Origin: a candidate division WOR-3 bacterium
Lineage (GTDB): Bacteria > Hydrothermota > Hydrothermia > JBDRYB01
Direction of reading: 5' to 3'
Length of the DNA stretch: 27,020 nt
Assembly (NCBI GenBank): GCA_039803205.1
Contig: JBDRYB010000025.1
Location: 1 to 27,020 of the forward strand
Shown: one piece after another, positions 16,821 through 26,200 of the stretch
Position numbering within the stretch: position 1 is the stretch's first letter
How the letters are laid out: each line of letters opens with the position of its first letter
Made by a program: the position numbers and the translations under genes
Notes under the pieces: model-generated
The model's input: only the letters and a program-made list of their open reading frames with translations
The model's database searches: none
What the model was told of the DNA's origin: nothing

Positions 16821-18932
16821 CTAGAAGCTTCCGTTTATTCCAACGCTTATATTTCTTCCGGGCGACGCAACGCCTTTGGCATCCGCATTGTCATAGTAGA
16901 AAGCGTTAAGAGCGTTCTGAACCCCGAGATTAACCCCTATGTTCCCTTTAAGGAAGAAGGCGTCCAGGCCAGCATCAAGGAGCCAGAAAGCCTCCCTCGG
17001 AACCTCAGATGGTCCTGGGTCAACCTTCGCGGCCCTGCCTCGTAGCCTAATCCATGGCACGATGGAGTCCGCCAACCAGCAAGGGACAAACTCGTATGAG
17101 GCCATGCTTGCCCAACTGGGCGGGGCTATGTCGTCAAGGGGCCCCGCCATCTCCCTCCCCTCCATGGCAAATCCGAACACGGAAAACCTCGCTTTGTCCA
17201 ACGAGAACCCAGCCTCAAGCTCAACGCCCTTTACGAAAGCCTTGCCCGTGTTCTTGAAAACGATGGAATCGCCATCATAATACACATCCTTCACGAGCAT
17301 GCTGTCTATGTGGGTGTAGAAGAGCTCGGCATCGGCCCAGAAAATGCTTGAGGACCACCTCAGTCCGCCCTCCCCAGTGAGGCCTATCTCTGGCGAGAGG
17401 TCTGGGTTGGCATACTGGTAGCCCCTCGGTGTTTCGCCGGTGTAATAGAGCTCGCGGAGCTCGGGGGCCCTGTATGAACGCCTTCCAGAGGCTATAAATT
17501 CAAACCCCCAAGGAAGTGGCACCAGAACACCCACCTCGCTGGCAAGGGCTAGCCTGCTCTGGGATTCCTCACCAGTGGCCTGCCAGCCAATATAGTCTCC
17601 CCTGAGCCCTGCCCTTATCCTGAGGGCCCAGGCCGGGAACTCGTCCAGGATGAAAGCCCCAACCTCGGTGTAACCAGCATCCAGGGTCGGAAACTCGGTC
17701 GTATCAGAAGTTATATTGCCAAGCGAATCCGTCTTCACCGTGCGCATGGATATGTCAAGCCCTTGCCTCCTGAAGCCGGATACCCCGCCGGTTATTATGT
17801 GCGAGGAGAGAAAACCCGTGGTCATAACCGTAGCGCCTCCATCCGCCCCGTTATACCTAGTTATCTCATCGGTGGTCACGCCTGTGGATGGCTTGAACTT
17901 CACGACCTCGGCCTCCTTGAACTTCTGGTGGCCCCAAACGAATGCCCTCCATACCAAGCCAAGCCCTACGCCCTCGTAACCCAGCTTGACCAGATCGTGA
18001 TAGTCCTTGTTGTAGGTCGCTGTCCTGTTCGGATCGTCCCTGGGCCTCCCTATGTTCAAACCGTGTGCGAAGATGTATTCTAAAGAAAGCCCCTTGTAGC
18101 CGAGCCTCATGTATGCCCCTTTTGTCCTGAAGCCAGAGTTTCTTATGGCGGTATCAGCTCCCAGGGTGTCTGGGCTCATGTAGTCCTGGGCCTCAATGCC
18201 CCAAAGGCCGAGACCAACCATGTCCGATGAGAACATTGCCCAGGCCTCAGGGCACTTGTTGACCGTGTTGTATACCGCGCCATACCTGGTTTCTTTGGCA
18301 AAACCAGTGGCGACAACCCCTCCTATTGCGCCCGACCCGTATAGAAGCGAGGAGGGGCCGAGGAGCACTTCAGTGGAGGAGAGCATTCCAGGGTGAACGA
18401 AAAATGTCGGGCCAACATCCCTATCATCAACGAGGCGCATACCTTCAAGCATTAGTATTGACCTCCCCCTGGCCATTCCCCTGACCGAAACCACTTGGGT
18501 TATGGGGTCAGAGCCCACCGGATAAACGCTCGGGGTTATCTTCAGGGCCTCCTCAACCCTCGGGAAACCTCCGACGCGGATCATGTCCAGGCCGCTGAGA
18601 CTGTTGACCGAAACCGGAGTCTCATTCAGGAGAACGGGCCTCGCCGACGCAACGGTCACTATTTCCTTTGATGTGATGGCTTTCGGGGTAAGGACCAGCT
18701 CTGTTGGCTCGCCCGGATAAGCTTCCGCGCTGGCTTCGGTGAAACCCAATGCCCTCGCGCGGATGGTTCTCGTGCCCTCAGGAACATTCAACCTGAAGGA
18801 ACCGTCGCTCAGCGTGTAGGTTCCGGGACCACCCTCAACCCACACCGCCGCACCCGGAACCGGCTTGCCGGCCGTGTCCATGACCGCACCAAAAACTTCG
18901 TAGCTTATCGCTATCAGAGCCAGCATACTCAT
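16821..18932 (-). CDS. TonB-dependent outer-membrane receptor with N-terminal carboxypeptidase-regulatory-like domain
   Basis: 703 aa; G.V.D..G.PVPGA.V N-domain, plug motifs VSVRG and EVLLGPSSLLYGSGAIGGVV, YRAP and NPDLSPE loops, C-terminal Phe. Confidence 0.9.
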   Translation of the reverse strand: MSMLALIAISYEVFGAVMDTAGKPVPGAAVWVEGGPGTYTLSDGSFRLNVPEGTRTIRARALGFTEASAEAYPGEPTELVLTPKAITSKEIVTVASARPVLLNETPVSVNSLSGLDMIRVGGFPRVEEALKITPSVYPVGSDPITQVVSVRGMARGRSILMLEGMRLVDDRDVGPTFFVHPGMLSSTEVLLGPSSLLYGSGAIGGVVATGFAKETRYGAVYNTVNKCPEAWAMFSSDMVGLGLWGIEAQDYMSPDTLGADTAIRNSGFRTKGAYMRLGYKGLSLEYIFAHGLNIGRPRDDPNRTATYNKDYHDLVKLGYEGVGLGLVWRAFVWGHQKFKEAEVVKFKPSTGVTTDEITRYNGADGGATVMTTGFLSSHIITGGVSGFRRQGLDISMRTVKTDSLGNITSDTTEFPTLDAGYTEVGAFILDEFPAWALRIRAGLRGDYIGWQATGEESQSRLALASEVGVLVPLPWGFEFIASGRRSYRAPELRELYYTGETPRGYQYANPDLSPEIGLTGEGGLRWSSSIFWADAELFYTHIDSMLVKDVYYDGDSIVFKNTGKAFVKGVELEAGFSLDKARFSVFGFAMEGREMAGPLDDIAPPSWASMASYEFVPCWLADSIVPWIRLRGRAAKVDPGPSEVPREAFWLLDAGLDAFFLKGNIGVNLGVQNALNAFYYDNADAKGVASPGRNISVGINGSF

Positions 18933-18941
18933 AGGCTAAGA

Positions 18942-18971
18942 ATTATAAACCTTTCCTCTACGGCGGGTCAA
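18942..18971 (-). promoter_or_regulatory. sigma70 promoter for TonB receptor-ABC ATPase operon (near-leaderless)
   Basis: Minus strand TTGACC (18971-18966), 18 bp, TATAAT (18947-18942), 9 nt to ATG 18932; no SD. Confidence 0.7.
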
Positions 18972-19001
18972 AATCGCTATTTTCCGCCGAGGAAGCGGTA
19001 G

Positions 19002-19031
19002 TTTACGCACAACACCTGTCTGGATTATAAT
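19002..19031 (+). promoter_or_regulatory. putative promoter of tRNA-Arg
   Basis: TTTACG (19002-19007), 18 bp, TATAAT (19026-19031), 9 nt upstream of the tRNA 5' end. Confidence 0.55.
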
Positions 19032-19040
19032 ATAAACCTT

Positions 19041-19114
19041 GCCCCCGTAGCTCAGATGGATAGAGCATCGGATTTCTAATCCGACGGCCGCAGGTTCAAG
19101 TCCTGCCGGGGGTG
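19041..19114 (+). tRNA. tRNA-Arg (anticodon TCT); 3' CCA not encoded
   Basis: Acceptor GCCCCCG/CGGGGGT, D-arm GCTCAGATGGATAGAGC, anticodon arm TCGGA-TTTCTAA-TCCGA, T-arm GCAGG-TTCAAGT-CCTGC, discriminator G followed by TTT. Confidence 0.97.
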
Positions 19115-19181
19115 TTTGATTTTACGGGGATTTTCTAAGTTCTGTCCTATAACTAAACTCCGTGAAAAACGCCCCATTCTC

Positions 19182-19199
19182 GGTCAGTTATGGTCAGTT
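19182..19199 (+). repeat. Tandem direct repeat GGTCAGTT x2 (10-bp period) downstream of tRNA
   Basis: GGTCAGTT at 19182-19189 and 19192-19199. Confidence 0.6.
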
Positions 19200-19219
19200 G
19201 GGAAAGGGGACTTTTGGAA

Positions 19220-19249
19220 TTGATCTTGAGCCACTCCCAACCCTAAAAT
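19220..19249 (+). promoter_or_regulatory. putative leaderless promoter of the R-M gene
   Basis: TTGATC (19220-19225), 18 bp, TAAAAT (19244-19249), 6 nt to ATG 19256; no SD. Confidence 0.5.
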
Positions 19250-19255
19250 CTCAAC

Positions 19256-22200
19256 ATGCCGGTGGCCGGCCAGCTCTTCGCGCCCAAACCCCTCAACAAC
19301 CGAAGGCTTTTTTCTGACGCCTATCTCCTGAATGAGGAAGACCCAGCCAGGTCGCTCATCAGAACCCTACCTCCCTGGCAAAGGGCCGCAGGAGCCATCT
19401 CGGTCATCCAGAAAAAGATTGAAAGAGGCCCGAAGCCTCATCGGCAAACTAAGTGGCCTCAACGAGTCGCAGACCGAACAAGAGGTCATAAGACCCCTTC
19501 TCAGGCTCCTGGGGTGGCAAGAGGATGGCCAAGATCTATACAAGGTCCAGCCTCCGATAAGGGGACTTACCGTGGGTTCAAGACAACCGGACTATGTCCT
19601 ATTTCCTGAGATCTACGACAGGGATGCCTTCGCGGATGAGCAGGCCAGGAATCCAGGCGACCCCGATTCCTTTCAGCGACACGCTGTAGCCATTCTGGAC
19701 GCCAAGGCCCCAGGCGTTGACTTTGACAAAAGGCTCGGCCGTGAGGGCAAGTCCCCGATGGCCCAGATAGACGAATACCTGCACTGCACCGGAGTCAACT
19801 GGGGCATTCTCACGGACGGAGCCCGGTGGCGACTGGTTCACAGAGAAACATCCGTAAAACAGGATTATTTCTACGAGATAGACCTAAACTCGCAGATTGG
19901 CATGGCCGAGGTTGATCCTGAGGTCTTCCTTTACTTCTATCTGTTTTTTAGCCGTGAAGCCCTCACCCCTTCCAGGGAATACGGGGGCAAGTGCCTGGTT
20001 GATGTTGTCCGCGAGCAATCAATCATAACAACCCACAAGTGGAAGGAGAATCTCACCGAAAGCGTTTTTGATGCTTTAACCCACCTCTGTCGTGGATACT
20101 TTGAGAAATACGGAGGCGAAGGAGGGGAGATAGATCCGCACAAGGAATCCGACCGGGAGACCGTCCGCAACGCCGCAACGCTCCTTCTCTACAGGCTCCT
20201 GTTTATCCTTTACGCGGAGGCCACGGAGATACTGCCTGTTGAGAACAACGATTACAACGAGGGATATGGGCTTCTACAAATGAAAAAGGATGTAGCCGAG
20301 AAAATTGACAATGCACAGCCGAAATTCATCCTCGCGCCCACAACCCATCTCTACAACAGGCTCAGGACCCTTTTCAGGCTTATTGACCAGGGATCAGAGG
20401 CAATAGGCGAGACCAGGTTTCATGTTCCGGCATACAACGGCGGCCTCTTCAGGCCCGAAACAAAACGCCCTTCTGATCCAACGGCCCTTGATGTCTCCTG
20501 GCTCAACACGCACGAGCTCCCGGACGGCAGGCTATATCACGCTCTGGACTGCCTGATGAGGGCCGTTGATCCGGATGATCCTGATGGCAGGAAACGCTTT
20601 ATCGCCTATCAGACCTTTGGCGTGATTGACCTGGGCATAATCTACGAGAGCATGATGGAGTTCGTGCTCATGGTTGCGGACACACCCCTTGTTTCCGTGG
20701 ACGAGGGCTGGATCGCCTGGGACATTAGCAAAGAGAGCCATTCCCGGCTCCCTGAGCCGAGAACCGTTCGTCCAAGGCAGGTCTATCTCATAAACCGCAG
20801 GGGCGAACGCAAGTCAACCGGCAGTTATTTCACCCCGGACAGACTAGTCAAATACCTCGTCAAGAAGACCCTTGAACCTCTCTGCTACGAAAAGGAAGGA
20901 GATTCTCTGGTTCCCAGGTCAGAGGAGGCGATACTTTCCCTGCGGATATGCGACCCCGCGATGGGTTCGGGCCACTTCCTCGTTGAGGCGTGTGATTACA
21001 TGGCCCGGGCTCTTGCGATGGGGGGCCTGAGCGAGGAGGAGGCCGAGAACCAGATAGTCCTCGCGAGGCGCAGGGTGGTTGAGAGGTGTATTTACGGCGT
21101 TGATCTGGTTCCTTTGACTGCCGAGCTCGCGAAGCTCTCGCTGTGGCTCAACACTGCCTCAAGGGGAAAGGCCCTTTCGTTTCTTGACCACCACATCCGC
21201 TCCGGAAACAGCCTCCTCGGAGCGACAATAGCCGAGATCAGGACCTCGGCGCAAAAAGCGGGTAAATCTGCTGGAAAAGCAATAGCAAAGCTGGTTGATG
21301 ACCTCTTGAAGGAGGCCGCGGAGAGAACCCGCACATATGAAGCAAAAACCAGCGAGACAGGCGCTGATGTCCACGAGAAGGAGAAGGAATTCCGGGTGGT
21401 AAGGGAAAGCCTCGCTCCCATAAGGCTTTTGGCGGACGCGTGGCTTGCGAACAGGCTGGATCTTTTGCCCCTCTCGCCGCTAAATCTCACCCGGGCCCTC
21501 GTGGACCTCCAATCCGGCAAGGACATCACGGGCATTTTTGAGACAGACAAGCTCAGAGCCATTGCCAAGGAATACGGCTTTTTCCACTGGGAATTGGAGT
21601 TTCCGGAGGTCTTCGGCCCAGGCGGGCCAGGCGGATTCCACGCGACCATGGGCAACCCTCCTTGGGACAAGTGGAAGGTTCACGACAACGACTTCTGGCC
21701 CGTATATATCCCTGGTTACCGGGGCCTCAAGAACAAGGCCGCCAAGCGCAAGGCCATCCTGAGCCTGAAAAACCACGAGGAGCTTGAGAAACAATTTGCC
21801 GAGCTGGACAGGGTCTAGGGAGGCGGCGGGGATGTTGACCTATACAAGATGTTCACCGAACGATTCGGGTGGCTCCTGGCCGATGGGGGCAGGTGCGGGG
21901 TCGTCCTTCCCTCCGGCATACTCACGGACTACGGCTCTTCGCCTCTGAGAAGGCACCTGATCCAGGATAACCGGCTTGAAGAGGTCTTTGAGTTTGAGAA
22001 CAGGCAGGGACTGTTCCCAGCAGTTCACAGGCAATACAAGTTCGCGGCAGTGATCTGGCAAAAGGATAAGCCCAAAGAGTCCTTCAGGGCCGCTTTCTAC
22101 CGCCAGACCCTTGATGACCTGGAAAGGCCTGACGAGGTCCTTTTTGATTATCCAGTTGAGGATATAAAGAGGTTTTCGCCGGATAGTCTCTCGGTTATGG

Positions 22201-23263
22201 AGTTCAGGAACCCGAGAAACCGGGAGCTCTGCAGGAAGATATACGGGAATCATCCGCTTCTTGGCGAAGAGATTCAGGGAACCTGGAACCTCAAAATGAT
22301 CTCTGAGCTCCATATGACCAACGACTCCCGGTTCTTCCAGCCCATCCCTGAGGGCATGGAAAAACCCTGGGAACCCCCCGCCAAATACACCCTCCTCTAC
22401 GAGGGAAAGATGATCCACCAATTTGAGCACAGGTTCGCAGAGCCGCAATACTGGCTCCCTGAGGCTCCGGTGAGGGAATACCTCGCTGAGAAGGAGGTTC
22501 ACAGGGTTACGACTGAACTGAAGCGAAGGTTCTGCAGGAAAGCGAAGGACAAGAACGAGTGCCTTCGGAAACTGCTCAAAGAGGCTGGCCGTGGGCCAAT
22601 AAGCCCGAAAGAGGTCAGACTGGACGCGGATTATTATAGGATGGGATACAGAGATATTTCCAGCTCAACGAATGAAAGAACGCTCATCTGCACGGTTATC
22701 CCGAAAGGGGTGTTTTGCGGGAATACTTTACCCGTTGCTAGGCCTTATGAATTCAAAACGGATAGCCTTGAATCTCAAGAGGACATAGGGGAATGGGTTA
22801 TTTCCAGCTTCTTACTAATAAAGACATCCTCTACATTGTCTCTGTTTTGAACAGCTTCGCGCTTGATTTTGTGGCCAGACACAAAAGCACCATGCATGTG
22901 AACTTCTTCACCCTCTACCAGCTCCCCGTGCCCAGGCTCACCGAGGGGAACCCTGTTTATGATGAGATGGTCAAGCGCGCGGCGAGGCTCGTTTGCGTGG
23001 GGCCGGAGTTTGACGCGCTCCGTGAGGAAATAGGGCTTGAGCCAGACCAGGTCGCTTTGAACCCAAGGGAAAGGGCCGGGCTCCGGGCCGAGCTGGACGC
23101 TATTGTCGCGAGGTGGGTCTATGGCCTCACGAAGGAGGAGTTCAGGACCATCCTCTATGGCGTTGAGGGCGACCCGAACAGCAGGGTCTTCCCACTGGTT
23201 GATGAGAAGATCAAGATGGCCGCGCTGGCCGCGTGGGATGAGGTGGGGAAGGGGCCGGGATAG
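19256..23263 (+). pseudogene. Type IIG (Eco57I-like) fused restriction endonuclease/N6-adenine methyltransferase, disrupted by two frameshifts and one in-frame TAG
   Basis: Four consecutive fragments form one architecture: N-terminus NRRLFSDAYL (frame of 19256); PD-(D/E)xK nuclease RQPDYVLF...ILDAK and WGILTDG; YNGGLF, RKSTGSYFTP, motif I DPAMGSGHFL, FFHWELEFPEVF, motif IV GNPPW; TAG at 21816-21818 followed in frame by GDVDLYKMFTERF; TRD (LYEGKMIHQF, YRDISSSTNERT); after a shift near 22772-22850, LNSFALDF...RAELDAIVA..YGLT..E. Confidence 0.85.
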
Positions 23264-23274
23264 ATGAGATAATC

Positions 23275-26200
23275 CTACCTCATCCAGACAACCTTCCTAA
23301 CAGCTGACCTCCCTGACCCGTGGGTTAGCCTCAGGAAATAAACCCCGGCAGGAAGAGATGAGCCGTTATCCCCTGTTCCATCCCAGGTGAGGATGTGGAG
23401 GCCAGGCTCATTACCCTGATACAGGTTTGAAACCCTCCTTCCCATGATGTCATATAGAACAAGAGATGTATTGGCTCCTGATGGGACAGAGAACTGGATT
23501 GTCAGTTTTCCCTTAGCTGGGTTGGGATAAGGGGCATAGAGGGCAAATGGAGGGGTCAGCTCCCCTGGGAGGCTTGCGGGTCCTCCCTGGCCCTCCTTCT
23601 TCGCGTATGCCATTATCATGAGACCGGCGGCCTCAACAGCCTCTCCGAGATGGTTCTTCAGGGTTATCCTCACATCCTCTGAGCCTGAGACCCAATCCGG
23701 GAGCTCAATCGTTAGCCTCGTCTTCTGGCCAGATGAGTATGGATAGTCTCCGAGGTTGTCGTTTCCAACCTCAACCCTCACTCTCCTCTGAGGCTCTGTT
23801 CCCTCGTAATAAAGGTCAAGGATGAGCATGAGCTCAGACCTCGCCTCCATGAACGGGAACCTGTAGACAAGCTTGTCAGCATCGTAATCAACCCTGATCC
23901 CATTCTCGTAGACCATGAAGGTATCCCTTTCATGGGTATATGGGGTTGGGTTGGGGGTTCCGAGCCAGAGCGCGTAGAAGGGCGAGACATCCGCCATCTC
24001 CCTGGGATATACCTGGCTCTCCACGAAATACCAGAGGGGGTTTGACATGGGCCAACCAGGGGGGACATGGGTGCTCTCAGGTGGCAGAGGATATAGGTTG
24101 TAGAAGTGGGAAACAAAGGATGATGTCCAGACCAGGTAATCAAATGCCTTGCTCTTGTCCCAGTAGGATTCAAAGCTGGGGTTGGCGCGGGAGAGGCCCA
24201 TGAATACCCTTATGGAATCCCTTTCCCAGACATCCTGGGAGGGTAAGTATCTCGCGAAGTCAACCCCTGCCTTTAGTCCTTCCTTTGTCTTTGACCACCA
24301 GTTCCAAGCAACACCAGCTCCCTTCCTGGTGAAGGGATACGCCGAGGTGGGCTCGTAGGTGAACAGGGTATCCTCTGCCAGGAAGCTCATGGGCTGATCA
24401 ACATAGCCCCAACGCTGGAAATACACCTGGTCCTCCTCCCATGTGATATAGACCTGCGCTCCATAGACATCAAGGGAAGGGTTCCTGGCGTAGCGCCCTG
24501 GATGGGATATTTGGAGGACATTCCAGTTGGGTTGATCAGGCCCCTTGTAGCCATAATAGACAACCCCCTGTGCCCTGTCATCCCAGGCCATGTGAACCCC
24601 TCCGTTGTAGTCAACAGCAACCGAGGGGCAGAGAAGGGGGTTGACCACGATGAGGCTGTCCTTTATAGCGGTATCAGCTGACAGGCTCTCAACGGGCATG
24701 GGAACTGGGAAGATTACCGTGTCCTTCGGAGGCAAGGCCGCTGTCCAGGAAGAGACAACAGTCCTAGTTATCTTATTGGGCTTGTCGTATTTGCCTGAGA
24801 AGTAAAGGAGCTCGTGCAGTTTTGTCCCGTCCTTGTAATCATCAACGGAGATGTGAACCTTCTTTCCCTTTGTGTCAATCGCGAGGCCTGGCGCGGACAT
24901 CATGTAGTTGACCTTGCCCAGAGAGACAGGGGATGACCAGCTTGCCGAGTTCTTTTCCTTGTATGAATACATAAGGTCAAGCTTTCCCGTGCCATCAGGC
25001 CTGAGCCAAGCGCACGCGAGGGCCTCTTCGCCGTTCGGGAAGCTCCTTATTGCCAGTCCGGGGAGGAAGCCCTGGCCAAGAAGGGTCGGAACATTCCAGG
25101 TTTCCCCGAAGTCCTGGGACTTTGTCCAGAACACCTTTGGGGTATCAGGTGGCCAGACAGAGGAGATTGGGTCTCCTGTTGAATAGACGAGGTGGAGCTC
25201 TCCGCCCTGGGACGAGATTATCTTCTTTGAGTTGTTGCCATAGGTGAGGAAGGGGCCGGAGGAGGCTATGACGCTTCTTACCGGGATTACCATGGAGTTC
25301 ATCCCCAGGGTGTCCTTCCAGAGGACCCCGAGCCTCAGGGACTTTGTCGGGTAATCCGGCATCCTAAGTTTCACGGAGTCCTTGGCCGGTGGATTTACCT
25401 GGTGCAGGATGGTGTCGGGGAATGTATTGCCCCTGTCGTGTGATAGCAGGAACCAGAGCTCCTTGACAGAGCCGTCTGTTGTGTAATAAACCGTGTAATC
25501 TCCGCCCAAGGGGCCGGTTATCTGAGGGGTGGCTATATCAACCCTCGTAGTTGGTGGGATTCTCCTGTCGTATTTAACCAGGTAAGCGGGTGGTTTCTGG
25601 GGGTTGGTCTCAAGCCAGAGCGGGGTATATGTGTTCCCAGGCTCAAGGAGGATATGGGGATCAAATATCTGGATGCCCTTGGTTGTTTTCAGGGGCCAGA
25701 ATTGATAATGCAGTCCGCTTTTATACACGGGCCTCAGGTATATCTCATCGCCTCTCAGCGCGTCCTTAGCCACCCATCCCACCAGAGCCACGGTATCATA
25801 CCAGGCCACAAAGGGCATGCTCTTCTCAACATTCCCGTCCCACGCGCTTATGGGTGCTGTCTGCCAGTTGATGCCTGAGTAAGGCGAGGCAAAGTAGACC
25901 TGAGGGACTCCGGCGTTCTTGTATGTGAAAGCGAGGAAGGGCCAGAAGGGATAGCCAGCTCCTGCTAGGTTTGATATGCCCAGGTCAAATCCGCCGTAGT
26001 CATCTGGGTTGCCGCTGAACCCCTTTTTCTCAGAAGAATAGCGCTCATCCCAATTGCCATTTGCGCGCTCAAAAGCCACAACCCCCCTCTGGGGTCTCAT
26101 GAAAGCCACCATGGGCGTGGCTGGTTGCCCTGGAATCCGGCCCACCATGAGCTCCACATCTGGATAAGCAAATGCCAGGCCACCGTTGCCTCTGAGCGTC

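Noticed and set aside
18933..19040. Cobalamin riboswitch or Fur box upstream of the TonB receptor
   Set aside because: The promoter lies 9 nt from the ATG, leaving no leader; no B12-box or GATAATGATAATCATTATC-like sequence seen, so btuB was not assigned
19405..19430. Programmed -1 ribosomal frameshift at GAAAAAG
   Set aside because: The required shift is +1, the tract has only five A's (not A-AAA-AAG), and no stimulatory structure is evident
21816..21818. Genome-wide amber recoding (pyrrolysine or alternative code) to explain the in-frame TAG
   Set aside because: TAG is the normal stop for many complete genes here (ending at 1752, 3446, 7115, 8972, 9517, 16821), and the same gene also carries frameshifts
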